This document shows, piece after piece, positions 39,910 to 49,984 of a stretch of DNA of 64,000 nucleotides. A model generated the notes under the pieces. The model was not told the origin of the DNA and ran no database searches. It worked only from the letters and a program-made list of their open reading frames with translations. Numbering within the stretch: the stretch's first letter is position 1; each line of letters opens with the position of its first letter. Source of the DNA: Candidatus Bathyarchaeota archaeon (GTDB lineage Archaea > Thermoproteota > Bathyarchaeia > Bathyarchaeales > Bathycorpusculaceae). The DNA lies in the NCBI GenBank assembly GCA_963767735.1, contig CAVYES010000004.1, positions 1 through 64,000 on the forward strand, read 5' to 3'. The translations under genes and the position numbers were made by a program.

Positions 39910-41583
39910 ATGCGGCTCGCTATGGCACAAGTTAACTGTACTGTCGGGGATTTAAAAGGTAATATTGAAAAAATCAAGCGTTTCACTGAAGAAGCGAAAA
40001 AAAGAAAAGTTGATTGCGTATTTTTCCCAGAATTGACCGTTACTGGATATCCGCCTCAGGACCTTTTATTAGAGAAAGATTTTGTCGTGGCAAACAAGGA
40101 GATTTTGGAACAAACGGTAGCAAACTTTGACGGAATATCAGGAGTGATTGGCTTTGTTGATTACGATAAGAAAGACATCTTTAATGCAGCTGCAGTATTT
40201 GTCGAAAATACAGTAATAAAGACAGTTCATAAAACCCTTTTACCCACATACGATGTCTTTGATGAAGACAGATACTTCAAGAGTGCAAAGGAAAATGATA
40301 TCAAGCCGATTAAAGTTGAAATAAATGGAAGAGAAATTTCCTTAGGTTTAGAAATTTGTGAAGATCTTTGGGATGATGCTTATAAAATTAAAGTAACCGA
40401 GTTGTTGGCTAAGCGAGGGGCTGACATAATTGTTAATATCTCCGCATCTCCGTTTTATGCTGGGAAAAGGTTCGAGAGAGAAGAGTTACTTAAGAAAAAT
40501 GCCAAAGAATATGCCATTCCAATATTCTATGTAAACCTCGTAGGAGGACAGGATGAGCTTGTTTTCGATGGCCAGTCAATGGGTTTCAACGAGTCAGGGC
40601 AGCTTATAGCTCTTGGGAAACAATTTGAAGAAGACATCATAACCTTGGAAGTTGAAAAAAACCACGCAAAAAGTCAAGTCATTGAGTTTCCAGAGTACAT
40701 TAGAGAAACTGAAATGTTCAATGGACTTGTATTGGGCATTCGTGATTACTTTAGAAAAAGTGGTTTCAAAAAGGCAGTTGTGGGCATGAGCGGCGGCATC
40801 GATTCATCCTTATCCGCTTGTGTAGCAACCGAGGCCTTAGGAAGTGAAAACGTTATTGGTATTTCTATGCCGTCAATTTTTTCAAGCGACCACAGTAAAA
40901 CTGATGCACAAAAACTGGCTGAAAATTTAGATATTTTATTTATTCAGTTTGGGATTCAAGAAATCATTGATACTTATCGAATAACACTATCTGAGCCCCT
41001 TCAGCAAATTCGGGAGCACTTTAAAATTAAACCAGAAGAGGATGATCCGGTTGCAGATGAAAATTTGCAGCCTAGAGCAAGAGGCAACTGTCTCATGGAT
41101 ATTGCTAACCGTTTAAAATCCTTAGGCATTCTGGTTATAAACACGGGAAACAAAACCGAGCTTGCTCTTGGTTACTGTACACTTTATGGCGATATGACCG
41201 GGGGGATTGGAGCATTAGGTGACGTAAGCAAGCTGGAAGTCTACAAAATCGCTAAATTCGTAAATATTAAGGCGAAAAAGGAAATTATTCCTCAAGATGT
41301 TTTTGTCAAAAAGCCTTCTCCGGAACTGAAGGAAGATCAATTTGATCCATTTGATTTTTCAATCGTAAGTCCCTTGGTTGATGAAATAGTAGAAAATCGA
41401 CGTAGTGTAAAAGAACTTTTAAATTTAGGATATCCTCGAGGAATCGTTGAAGATACTTACAGGCGAATCCGTAATTCAGAATATAAACGAAGGCAAGCGG
41501 TACCTTGCATTAAAATTACTCGTAAAGCCTTTGGAATCGGTCGAAAAATGCCGATCGTGAACAAATATCGCGGTGATTTCTAA
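39910..41583 (+). CDS. nadE: Glutamine-dependent NAD+ synthetase
   Basis: Nitrilase domain (FPEL..TGY, K..LP.Y..FDE.RYF, ICEDLW) plus SGGIDSS, EN.Q.R.R, TGNK.E, SEYKRRQ. Confidence 0.96.
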   Translation: MRLAMAQVNCTVGDLKGNIEKIKRFTEEAKKRKVDCVFFPELTVTGYPPQDLLLEKDFVVANKEILEQTVANFDGISGVIGFVDYDKKDIFNAAAVFVENTVIKTVHKTLLPTYDVFDEDRYFKSAKENDIKPIKVEINGREISLGLEICEDLWDDAYKIKVTELLAKRGADIIVNISASPFYAGKRFEREELLKKNAKEYAIPIFYVNLVGGQDELVFDGQSMGFNESGQLIALGKQFEEDIITLEVEKNHAKSQVIEFPEYIRETEMFNGLVLGIRDYFRKSGFKKAVVGMSGGIDSSLSACVATEALGSENVIGISMPSIFSSDHSKTDAQKLAENLDILFIQFGIQEIIDTYRITLSEPLQQIREHFKIKPEEDDPVADENLQPRARGNCLMDIANRLKSLGILVINTGNKTELALGYCTLYGDMTGGIGALGDVSKLEVYKIAKFVNIKAKKEIIPQDVFVKKPSPELKEDQFDPFDFSIVSPLVDEIVENRRSVKELLNLGYPRGIVEDTYRRIRNSEYKRRQAVPCIKITRKAFGIGRKMPIVNKYRGDF

Positions 41584-41799
41584 GACTAACTTTTTAAAAT
41601 AAATGGTTCCAACTATTAGTAAAGTTTTTCATACCAATATAGCTAAAATGCGTAAAATATCTTGGACTCTGTAAAGAAACGCGCATGTGATGATTACAAT
41701 ACTCAACTTTTATTTGTCATGCAAAAGGTTTTTAATTTACTTATGCAAATGACTGACAAGGAAAACGATTAAATCCCATGAAGATTGAAGTGAAAAGAA

Positions 41800-43692
41800 A
41801 TGGCTATAATGAATCCGTACCTTGAGGCTCTACAGCCCAAACTTAGCGCGTCCGATTTCAAGAAACTAAGCGCCCTAGATAATCCTAACGTCCATGAGTT
41901 TATTGCTAAAGAAAGCGACCTTTGCCAACCTAAAGAAATATTCATTTGCAGCGACTCCGCTGAAGATATCGCTCATATTCGGAAACAAGCAATCGCTTCA
42001 GGGGAAGAACAAGCAATCTTGACCCTGCAAGGGCACACTGTGCACTTTGACGGTGAATTCGATCAGGGGCGAGACCGTCAAGCTACCAAGTACCTTGTAC
42101 CCAAAGGAGTTACCTTAAGCAAAGCCCTCAACCAAATGGACCGTCAAGAAGGTTTAGCTGAGGTTAGAGGTATACTTAGAGATTCCATGCAGGGAAAAAC
42201 AATGATTGTCCGCTTAGTCTCACTGGGTCCACAAGATTCCATATTTACCATTTTGGGTCTCCAATGTACAGATTCATGGTATGTCGCCCATTCAGAAAAT
42301 CTGCTTTATCGCCCCGGATACGAGCAATTTGTAAAGGCAGGACCAAAAAGTGATTTCCTGCGCGTTCTGCATTCAGCTGGAAAGCTCAATGGAGATATGG
42401 TCAGCGTAGATTACAATAAAAAATGCATTTACATAGACCAGATGGACAACACCATTTACAGCGTTAACACGCAATACGCTGGAAACTCTGTGGGCTTCAA
42501 GAAACTTGCCTTCCGCTTGGCTATCCGAAAAGCAAGCAGTGAGGGGTGGCTAGCGGAACACATGCTTCTCATGGGCGTATATGGTCCTGGTGGACGTAAA
42601 ACCTATTTTGCCGGAGCATTTCCAAGCGCTTGCGGAAAAACGTCAACAGCTATGCTTCCTGGAGAAACAATTCTTGGCGATGACATAGCTTATATTCGTG
42701 ACATTGACGCTGCTGCTCGCGCAGTTAACGTTGAATCAGGCATATTCGGTATTATACAAGACGTTAACCTCAAGGATGACGCGTTAATTTACAAGCTTCT
42801 AACTAGTCCAGACGAAATTATCTTCTCTAACGTGCTGGTTAAGGATGGCAGACCCTACTGGCTTGGCATGGGAGAAGAGCTCCCCAAAGAAGGTTGCAAC
42901 TATACTGGAGCATGGTATGAAGGCAAAAAAGACGAGAATGGCTGCGAAATTCCGCCTGCAAACAAGAATGCTCGTTACACATTGGCACTTAAAGCGTTGG
43001 AAAACTGTGATCCCGAACTCCACAATCCATTAGGTATTGAATTAGGCGGCATAATGTATGGGGGACGCGATGCTAAGGCTTACGTGCCTGTTCAGCAAAG
43101 CTTCAGTTGGGAGCACGGCATCATCGCTTACGGGGCTTCGCTTGAAACCGAAACTACCTTCGCCACCGTTGGTAAAGAAGGGGTTCCTGAAATTAACATG
43201 ATGAGCATTCAAGACTTCATCTCAATTCCACTAGGCAAAAATGTTCATAACAACTTGAATTTCGGGCGGAAGCTCAAAAAGCAACCAGTCATCTTCGGAG
43301 TTAACTATTTCCTAAAGGAAGTAGGCAATGGCAAATACGTAAACGGCGTGCAAGATAAGCATGTTTGGATAAAATGGATGGAGCTGAGGGTGCATAACGA
43401 AGTTGACGCTTTAGCGACCCCAACAGGATACATCCCAAAATATGAAGATTTACGCAAGTTATTCAAGCAATTGCTGGGCAAAAACTATGCTAAAGAAGAC
43501 TACATTAAGCAATTCACAATCCGCGTTCCAGAAAACCTTGCAAAGATTGAACGTGTATCACGGTTTTATCAGGAAAACGTTACTGACACACCGCTGGAAC
43601 TATTCGGCATATTGTACATGCAACGCCAACGCCTCATCGAAGCTAAAGAGAAATACGGCGAATACATTTCACCTGAAAAACTCGAAAAATAA
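41800..43692 (+). CDS. pckG: Phosphoenolpyruvate carboxykinase (GTP)
   Basis: YAGN..G.KK, EGWLAEHM, AFPSACGKTS, GDDIA, N.E.G.FG. Confidence 0.96.
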   Translation: MAIMNPYLEALQPKLSASDFKKLSALDNPNVHEFIAKESDLCQPKEIFICSDSAEDIAHIRKQAIASGEEQAILTLQGHTVHFDGEFDQGRDRQATKYLVPKGVTLSKALNQMDRQEGLAEVRGILRDSMQGKTMIVRLVSLGPQDSIFTILGLQCTDSWYVAHSENLLYRPGYEQFVKAGPKSDFLRVLHSAGKLNGDMVSVDYNKKCIYIDQMDNTIYSVNTQYAGNSVGFKKLAFRLAIRKASSEGWLAEHMLLMGVYGPGGRKTYFAGAFPSACGKTSTAMLPGETILGDDIAYIRDIDAAARAVNVESGIFGIIQDVNLKDDALIYKLLTSPDEIIFSNVLVKDGRPYWLGMGEELPKEGCNYTGAWYEGKKDENGCEIPPANKNARYTLALKALENCDPELHNPLGIELGGIMYGGRDAKAYVPVQQSFSWEHGIIAYGASLETETTFATVGKEGVPEINMMSIQDFISIPLGKNVHNNLNFGRKLKKQPVIFGVNYFLKEVGNGKYVNGVQDKHVWIKWMELRVHNEVDALATPTGYIPKYEDLRKLFKQLLGKNYAKEDYIKQFTIRVPENLAKIERVSRFYQENVTDTPLELFGILYMQRQRLIEAKEKYGEYISPEKLEK

Positions 43693-43849
43693 AAAGTAGA
43701 TTGAGGTAACTGCGATGGAAAATGTTTATCATATTTCGCCCTTTATTTGCGTCAAACTTTTAAATGGATTCTACTTACTGACTATTAATTCATAACCGTT
43801 AATTAAATAAAGCAGTAAATTGAAATTTAAAAAATAAGGTGAAGAGGAA

Positions 43850-44092
43850 ATGATGATGAAAAAGCCGCAAAAGACAGACGTTTCAGAATACAAAATCGAT
43901 TTAGTCACCATTGAAGGCGATGGCTCTTTCCCATGTCCAAAATGCGGAATGTCAATCTCTCCCGAAGACGAGACGGAGAATAACTACAAAATCTTAGAAA
44001 CTAAAGTTGTCAATGAAGAGCTTGCTGAATTAATTATCGCATGCGGTAAATGCAGAAGCACGATAATACTTTCAGGCTTTCAAGGGCTTTAA
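43850..44092 (+). CDS. Small zinc-ribbon protein
   Basis: CPKCG...CGKC; SD GGTGA upstream. Confidence 0.75.
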   Translation: MMMKKPQKTDVSEYKIDLVTIEGDGSFPCPKCGMSISPEDETENNYKILETKVVNEELAELIIACGKCRSTIILSGFQGL

Positions 44093-44305
44093 CGCGCTTA
44101 GTTCGTTAAGTTTTTTTACTAATTTTCATTTCGGCACAGACCTTAGACGAAAACAAGAAAGCCCACAAAGAAATAAAACACAAAATTTCCTTAATTGCTT
44201 AAGTTTTAGTTAAGGGTTTGCTATGCCCTGAGTTTGCATAAATGAGTTTGATTTTTGAGCAAATAGTTTATTTTCTCTTTCACCTTAGTTATTTGGCGGA
44301 TTAGT

Positions 44306-44920
44306 ATGCTTATTGAAACGTTCACAGTTGGCATGTTGTCAACTAACTGCTATGTCGTTAACTCGCATCGAACGAAAGAGGCAATTATAATCGATCCAGG
44401 TTATGACTTTTCTTCTGAAGCTCAACAAATTCTCGATTACATAACGCAAGGCGGATTAAAAGTCAAATTAATCGTGAACACTCATGGACACTCTGACCAC
44501 ATAAGCGGCAACGCATTTTTCCAAGAAAAGTTCAACGTTCCCATCTACATTCACAAGTATGATGCTCCTTGTATTGAATCGTTTAACAAGGGGACGTTTC
44601 CAGCCGATGTCCTTTTAGAGAATGGCAGCTTAATCGAATTTGGCGACGAATCTCTGAAGGTTATGCATACACCCGGGCATACGCCTGGCAGCATCTGCCT
44701 TGTGGGCGAGCGACTAGTTTTTACTGGAGACACATTATTTGCGGGAGGGATTGGCCGAACAGATTTTCCGGGAGGCTCGGTTAGTGACATGAAGCTTTCT
44801 CTGCAAAAGCTCGTGTGTTTGCCTGAAAACTTTTTGATTTACCCAGGGCATGGTGCTACATCTATTATGGGTGAAGAAAAAAGGGTTAATCCTTTTTTAA
44901 ACAATAAAGACAGCTTTTAA
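44306..44920 (+). CDS. Metallo-beta-lactamase-fold hydrolase (glyoxalase II-like)
   Basis: THGHSDH, HTPGHTPG, FTGDTLF, GRTD, YPGHG. Confidence 0.92.
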   Translation: MLIETFTVGMLSTNCYVVNSHRTKEAIIIDPGYDFSSEAQQILDYITQGGLKVKLIVNTHGHSDHISGNAFFQEKFNVPIYIHKYDAPCIESFNKGTFPADVLLENGSLIEFGDESLKVMHTPGHTPGSICLVGERLVFTGDTLFAGGIGRTDFPGGSVSDMKLSLQKLVCLPENFLIYPGHGATSIMGEEKRVNPFLNNKDSF

Positions 44921-44938
44921 AGGCTTTGTTTTGTTGGT

Positions 44939-45904
44939 TTAGCTTGTTTCTTGCAGTGCGCGCAGGCGTTTGATAATGTTTGGGTGTGTTGAGAAGATTT
45001 CAGTGAAGTTATCCTTGTGCGTCGGCTTCTGCGCAAGGGTTTTGTTTAGTAGCTCTCTTTTGTCTGCTATTCCGTTTGCGTGAATCTCTGCGGAGTCAGC
45101 GTTTGCTCTGTCAGGATCAGCGATAAATAACGCTTTAAAGGCGGCGTTATTTTTTTGTTGTTGCCTGCTTTGTTTGCCGCCTCGTCTGCTTTGTTCAACT
45201 ATTGTTACTAAGCCTGTTGAGAGCTTTTCTGCGCCGTTCTCAACTATTGAAACGCTATGTTTGTCAGCATAGTACTCTCGGAGTCTGCTTAGTTGAAGTG
45301 TAAATAAGGTTAGTACCCACGAGAAAGCCATGAAGGCTAAGCCTAATAATGCGTTGTTGCCTCCTTTTTTGGCTCCTCCTCCGAAAGCGCCTGAGAACAT
45401 AAAGGAGTAACCAATGTATAGGAATAATGATGGCATGAAAGAAACTATCATCATGGCCTGCACGTCATGGTGCTTTATGTGGCCAAGTTCATGACCCAAG
45501 ACGGCTTCAACTTCGCCGGCATCAAGAGACTGCAAAAGCCCCGACGTTACCGCAACGCGGCTACCTGATAGAGGCGAGCCGTAAGCGAAGGCGTTTGGAA
45601 CTGGAATCTGTGCCAGCATAAGTTTTGGTGTTGATATTCCGCTTTTTCGGCTGAGGTTTTCAACTGTCTGGTATAATCCTGGGTTTTCGGCTTGTTTTAT
45701 TTCTCTAATTTTGTATATTGCACCTATAAGATATGGCGCCAGCAGCCATTGACCTATGTTCATGGCTACTACAAGTATCCCTATCGTCACTAGGGAAAGA
45801 CCTATTCCAACGTAAAATAACACGGCTGCGAATACGAGCGTGGTTAAACCAAAGATTATGGCTAAAGTTGCAGCCATAGAAAGTCCAAGTTTCCAAGCGT
45901 TCAT
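44939..45904 (-). CDS. htpX: Zinc metalloprotease HtpX (M48)
   Basis: PNAFA.G, HELGH, SRLREYYAD, FSTHP...KRL. Confidence 0.93.
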   Translation of the reverse strand: MNAWKLGLSMAATLAIIFGLTTLVFAAVLFYVGIGLSLVTIGILVVAMNIGQWLLAPYLIGAIYKIREIKQAENPGLYQTVENLSRKSGISTPKLMLAQIPVPNAFAYGSPLSGSRVAVTSGLLQSLDAGEVEAVLGHELGHIKHHDVQAMMIVSFMPSLFLYIGYSFMFSGAFGGGAKKGGNNALLGLAFMAFSWVLTLFTLQLSRLREYYADKHSVSIVENGAEKLSTGLVTIVEQSRRGGKQSRQQQKNNAAFKALFIADPDRANADSAEIHANGIADKRELLNKTLAQKPTHKDNFTEIFSTHPNIIKRLRALQETS

Positions 45905-45994
45905 GCATCGGTCACTTTTTTAATACGCACTGATGTTTCTATGGACGCTTATAACTTTTATGCGCAAATTAACGCATATTTCCTTGAATGTGAC

Positions 45995-46828
45995 TCATTT
46001 TACATTAGCAACCAGGATAAGCCTATTTGAATTAGAGTTAAAACTTTGCCCATCATAGTCACCATAAACATGATTAATCACAAAACCTGCTTCCCCAAAC
46101 AACACCTGCAAACGATTCAATTCATACAGGCGAGCAATGTGCCTAAAAACTCTAATTTGCTCCTGCGCCTTATCGTAAACCACCCACAAATCACCCAGCT
46201 TATCGCCACCCGCGGTTACTGTTCGTTTTTGGAGTAGAAAAAAGCTTGGATATTCCCTCCACTTGAAAAACCGAAAAAGCACCCGTTTTGCCAACCGATT
46301 GTTAAACTTCAATAAAATCGGTAAAATAACCCATTTAACCTCTCTACGCCGCTTAGTTTTGTACTTAAGCATCAAAAGTTCTCGGTTAAAAATATCAAGA
46401 ATTAATTCGCCGCCCTGACCGAGGGCTTCTCGAAATCCCCTTAGGCTTTGCATATCATCTTGTTCCGACGGCAGGTAACCAAAACTTGTATCCATGCAAA
46501 CAGTAGCTCTAAACGCTCCAGCCTTGAAAGGCAAATGTCGCATATCACCCCTAACCAGTTGAACGTTGCGCCACCGGTTTTTGGCTATCTTGAGAAGATT
46601 TAGCGATACATCCAAACCGACCACATAGTATCCAACCTTGCTTAGAGAAATTGAGTGCCTGCCAGTTCCACAAGCAACATCCAAAACCAACCCGTTTCCC
46701 TTCAGGGCGTCTTTTAAGAATTGTATTTGATCTCGTGTTAGGTTTTGGTCAGCTATCTCCGCCCAGTAAACGCCCATTTCATCAAAAACATTCATAATAT
46801 TACTTCTCAAATACAGCCCTTTAAACAA
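45995..46828 (-). CDS. Class I SAM-dependent methyltransferase
   Basis: VLDVACGTGRH, GLDVS, GDMR.LPF, SFGY. Confidence 0.9.
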   Translation of the reverse strand: MFKGLYLRSNIMNVFDEMGVYWAEIADQNLTRDQIQFLKDALKGNGLVLDVACGTGRHSISLSKVGYYVVGLDVSLNLLKIAKNRWRNVQLVRGDMRHLPFKAGAFRATVCMDTSFGYLPSEQDDMQSLRGFREALGQGGELILDIFNRELLMLKYKTKRRREVKWVILPILLKFNNRLAKRVLFRFFKWREYPSFFLLQKRTVTAGGDKLGDLWVVYDKAQEQIRVFRHIARLYELNRLQVLFGEAGFVINHVYGDYDGQSFNSNSNRLILVANVK

Positions 46829-47034
46829 GCATCTGATGAATATTTAGCTTTTTTTTCCTATCAAGTGGCTTCTTAGATTTGCTTTTAATTCTTCTATCAG
46901 GAGCTATTTGGATCATCTAGAAAACCGGGGTAGGCCGTGAGAGAGAGAGCACATACAAAACCTAAACAACAAAATAACGCCTACTTTACCAAATTAAAAA
47001 GAAAAAAGGAAACAGCAGAAAGGACTGAGGGGGT

Positions 47035-48669
47035 TTACTTCATTATTGCTTTGAGGTCTTCGTCGGGTGTCGTGATGGGCATTATGTTGAATTTGTCGAC
47101 GAGCACTTTTAGGATGTTGGGTGTTATGAAGGCGGGGAGGCTTGGTCCGATGCGGATGTCTTTTATGCCAAGGTACAGCAATGACAGCAAGATGGCTACC
47201 GCTTTTTGTTCATACCATGACAGCACGAGCGAGAGTGGCAAATCGTTAATCTGCACATTGAAGGCATCTGCTAATGCTTGAGCTATTTTGACGGCTGAGT
47301 AAGCATCGTTGCATTGTCCAATGTCGAGAAGCCGCGGAATGTCGTCGATTGTGCCTAGTTCCTTGTCGAAGAAACGGAATTTGCCGCATGCCAAAGTCAA
47401 TATTATCGTGTTTGCGGGCGCTTTTTCAACGAATTCTGTATAGTAGCTTCTGCCTGGTTTTGCTCCGTCGCATCCGCCGACTAAGATGAACCGTTTAATG
47501 TGTCCACTCTTCACGGATTCTATGACTTTGCCCGCTACGCCTAGCACTGCGTTTCTGCCGAATCCGACCAGAACACTTTTGCCTTCTTGGTCCTCTTGAA
47601 AACCTGGCATTTCTAAGGCTTTGAGAATTACCGAAGAAAAGTCTTTGCCGCTTATGTGTGGCACACCTGGGTATCCGACTGGTCCCGAAGTGAAAATGTT
47701 GCCCTTGTAGCTTTCGACGGGTCTTTGAATGCAGTTGGTTGTCATCAGGATTGCGCCTGGGAAAGCAGCGAAGTCTTTTTGCTGGTTCTGCCATGCTGTT
47801 CCATAGTGACCATAGAAATGCGGGAACTTCTTCAGTCCAGGGTAACCATGTGTAGGAAGCATTTCTCCATGAGTATAAACGTAAATTCCTTTGCCTTCGC
47901 TTTGTTTTAAAATATACTCCAAATCGATGAGGTCATGTCCCGAGACGAGGATGGCTTTGCCCGCTTTGTGCCCTAACGGAACCTTTGTTGGCACGGGGTG
48001 ACCGTAGGTTTCAGTGTTTCCAGCGTCCAAGAGCTCCATTGCGCGTATGTTGATTTCTCCGCATTTGAAGACTAGACCCACAAAAGCGTTTGCGCTAATT
48101 GATTTGTCGAGTGGGGCTGCAAGTCCTTCATGGATAAAATCGAAAACTTTGCTGTCTTTTTTCCCGAGCAGATAGGCGTGGTATGTGTAGGCGGCTACTC
48201 CCTTTACACCATAAGTCAGCAGCCACTGAAGCGAACCGAGGTCAGGGTCAACCGCGGGCTCAGAGTTAATCCCGAAACGTTTTCCCTGCGCAACTAAGCC
48301 TTCAGTTGTTTTTTCCAGCTGCAAACTGAATGTTGAGTTAACTTTGGCTTTTATGGCGTATAGTCTGCTGCGTAATTGTTCTTGGAACTGCGCCGTTTTC
48401 CGTATGTAAGCTGCTATGGATTCTGGGTCAAAATTCACGTTTGTCAAAGTAGAAAACAATGCTTCGCAAGTAAACACGTCAATATTTTCATCTTTTACTC
48501 CAGCTTTTGCTGCCTCAATGGACAGCTGACTAAGTCCCCTTAGCATATAGACCAGCAAATCTTGAAGTGTTGCGACGTCGGCTGATTTTCCGCAAACACC
48601 TGCGACTGTGCAACCTTGCCCTTTGGCTGTTTGTTCGCATTGGTAACAGAACATTTGGTTTTGACTCAA
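47035..48669 (-). CDS. hcp: Hybrid cluster protein (hydroxylamine/NO reductase)
   Basis: MFCYQCEQT...GC...GVCGK, SGHDL, THGEMLP, GGCDG, ACGK, GQCND.Y, SWYEQKA. Confidence 0.97.
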   Translation of the reverse strand: MSQNQMFCYQCEQTAKGQGCTVAGVCGKSADVATLQDLLVYMLRGLSQLSIEAAKAGVKDENIDVFTCEALFSTLTNVNFDPESIAAYIRKTAQFQEQLRSRLYAIKAKVNSTFSLQLEKTTEGLVAQGKRFGINSEPAVDPDLGSLQWLLTYGVKGVAAYTYHAYLLGKKDSKVFDFIHEGLAAPLDKSISANAFVGLVFKCGEINIRAMELLDAGNTETYGHPVPTKVPLGHKAGKAILVSGHDLIDLEYILKQSEGKGIYVYTHGEMLPTHGYPGLKKFPHFYGHYGTAWQNQQKDFAAFPGAILMTTNCIQRPVESYKGNIFTSGPVGYPGVPHISGKDFSSVILKALEMPGFQEDQEGKSVLVGFGRNAVLGVAGKVIESVKSGHIKRFILVGGCDGAKPGRSYYTEFVEKAPANTIILTLACGKFRFFDKELGTIDDIPRLLDIGQCNDAYSAVKIAQALADAFNVQINDLPLSLVLSWYEQKAVAILLSLLYLGIKDIRIGPSLPAFITPNILKVLVDKFNIMPITTPDEDLKAIMK

Positions 48670-48716
48670 ATCTTACACCTTTACTTATATTGTGGTTCTT
48701 TTGCGGATAGATGTTG

Positions 48717-48734
48717 TCCCTAATATCTAAGGGA
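48717..48734. promoter_or_regulatory. Imperfect palindrome upstream of hcp, candidate operator
   Basis: TCCCTAATATCTAAGGGA, about 50 bp upstream of the hcp start and next to a regulator gene. Confidence 0.4.
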
Positions 48735-48785
48735 TTTCACTTTTTGACCTTCATCCGAATTTCCCTGAAAATCACGACGGCACAG

Positions 48786-49427
48786 CTAAAGTTCTCTTTT
48801 AAAATAGTGCTCAAGCAGCCTTCTTGTTCCTCTCCGCATAATCTCTGAAAGCGTTGCTGTACTAATGCCCAGTTTAGCTGCAAGTTCAGCCATGCCAACT
48901 TGCCGTGGATAATCAAAAAAGCCGCTTTTTAGGGCAAGCCAAAAGATTCGCTCTTGGTTTTCGGTTAAAACTCCTATTTGCTGCTCAAACTTGCCGATTT
49001 TGCGGACATTGACTTTGTAGTCTGCTTTTTCCAAGTCAGTTATTATGCCTTTGTAGGCTTCGAATGTTGGTACCATAAAACTGTAGGTTATGATGCTGTC
49101 TTCCATGCTTTTGCCTGAGACTAAGAAAGCGTCATGAGCCAGGATGGTGTTGCAGACTTCGCAGCCTTCGCTTTCAAGCCACACGGAAGATTTTCCTTCA
49201 ACGTGTCCTTTAGCTGCAAGCTCTTTGGGAACTTTATGAGTCTGGTCTTCGCCGACATCCATCAAATGCCGTACGGAGCCGCTGCTTGAACTGCGCACAT
49301 CGAGGACTTTAAGATGCTTAAACCCCAAGGAAGCCAGCTTCCCAACCATTCTACACTGCTTATTCTCAATTTCAATCACAACATGGTAAGGTTCACGCCA
49401 AGCATCAACCAAACTAATCAGCCCCAC
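48786..49427 (-). CDS. Bacterio-opsin activator-type (HTH_10) transcriptional regulator
   Basis: C-terminal LTENQE...A.KSGFFDYPR......LA..LGIS..TLSE..RR; C.VC in the sensor region. Confidence 0.88.
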   Translation of the reverse strand: MGLISLVDAWREPYHVVIEIENKQCRMVGKLASLGFKHLKVLDVRSSSSGSVRHLMDVGEDQTHKVPKELAAKGHVEGKSSVWLESEGCEVCNTILAHDAFLVSGKSMEDSIITYSFMVPTFEAYKGIITDLEKADYKVNVRKIGKFEQQIGVLTENQERIFWLALKSGFFDYPRQVGMAELAAKLGISTATLSEIMRRGTRRLLEHYFKREL

Positions 49428-49557
49428 AATTTAACAAAAAAGAACATGCAGTTAAACATGTTTGCCAAACAAAAAAAGAAAAAACACAAACCAAACAGCT
49501 GCTTGGATCATGCCATATTTTCCATTTAACACTGCCTTTTGAGATGGTGCGACAAAC

Positions 49558-49800
49558 TTAACGAAGTAGTTGTCTGCTGGCGACTTTAAAGATTTGCGCA
49601 ATTAAGAGTTTTTCATCTGCACTTTTATGTTTAGCCCGGTGATTGTTTATTGCTCTATCCATAGCGGCTAAATCAGGAACCACCAAGATTTTTTCTCCAC
49701 AAGTACACGCTACAATCGGCATATTTGATTTGAACTTTTGTTCACAGCTCTTAGCGTTTTCTACGTCTATTTTTAAATCAACACTTAGAATTTTCTTCAT
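49558..49800 (-). CDS. Small putative Zn-binding protein
   Basis: CTCGEKILVVPD...H...H; start set to ATG 49800. Confidence 0.6.
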   Translation of the reverse strand: MKKILSVDLKIDVENAKSCEQKFKSNMPIVACTCGEKILVVPDLAAMDRAINNHRAKHKSADEKLLIAQIFKVASRQLLR

Positions 49801-49984
49801 ATGCAAACTCTCCACAAAACACTTATCCATACAAAGAATGGAACAATAATATATCAGATATGCCAATATCCTAATAAATTCTTGCAGTAGGCTTAAAGCA
49901 ACCACAATTACCAATCAATATAACAAATTCAGATTAAAAAGCGAAAGATCAATCCAGGTAATGTCTACCTAGACAGAAAACTGA

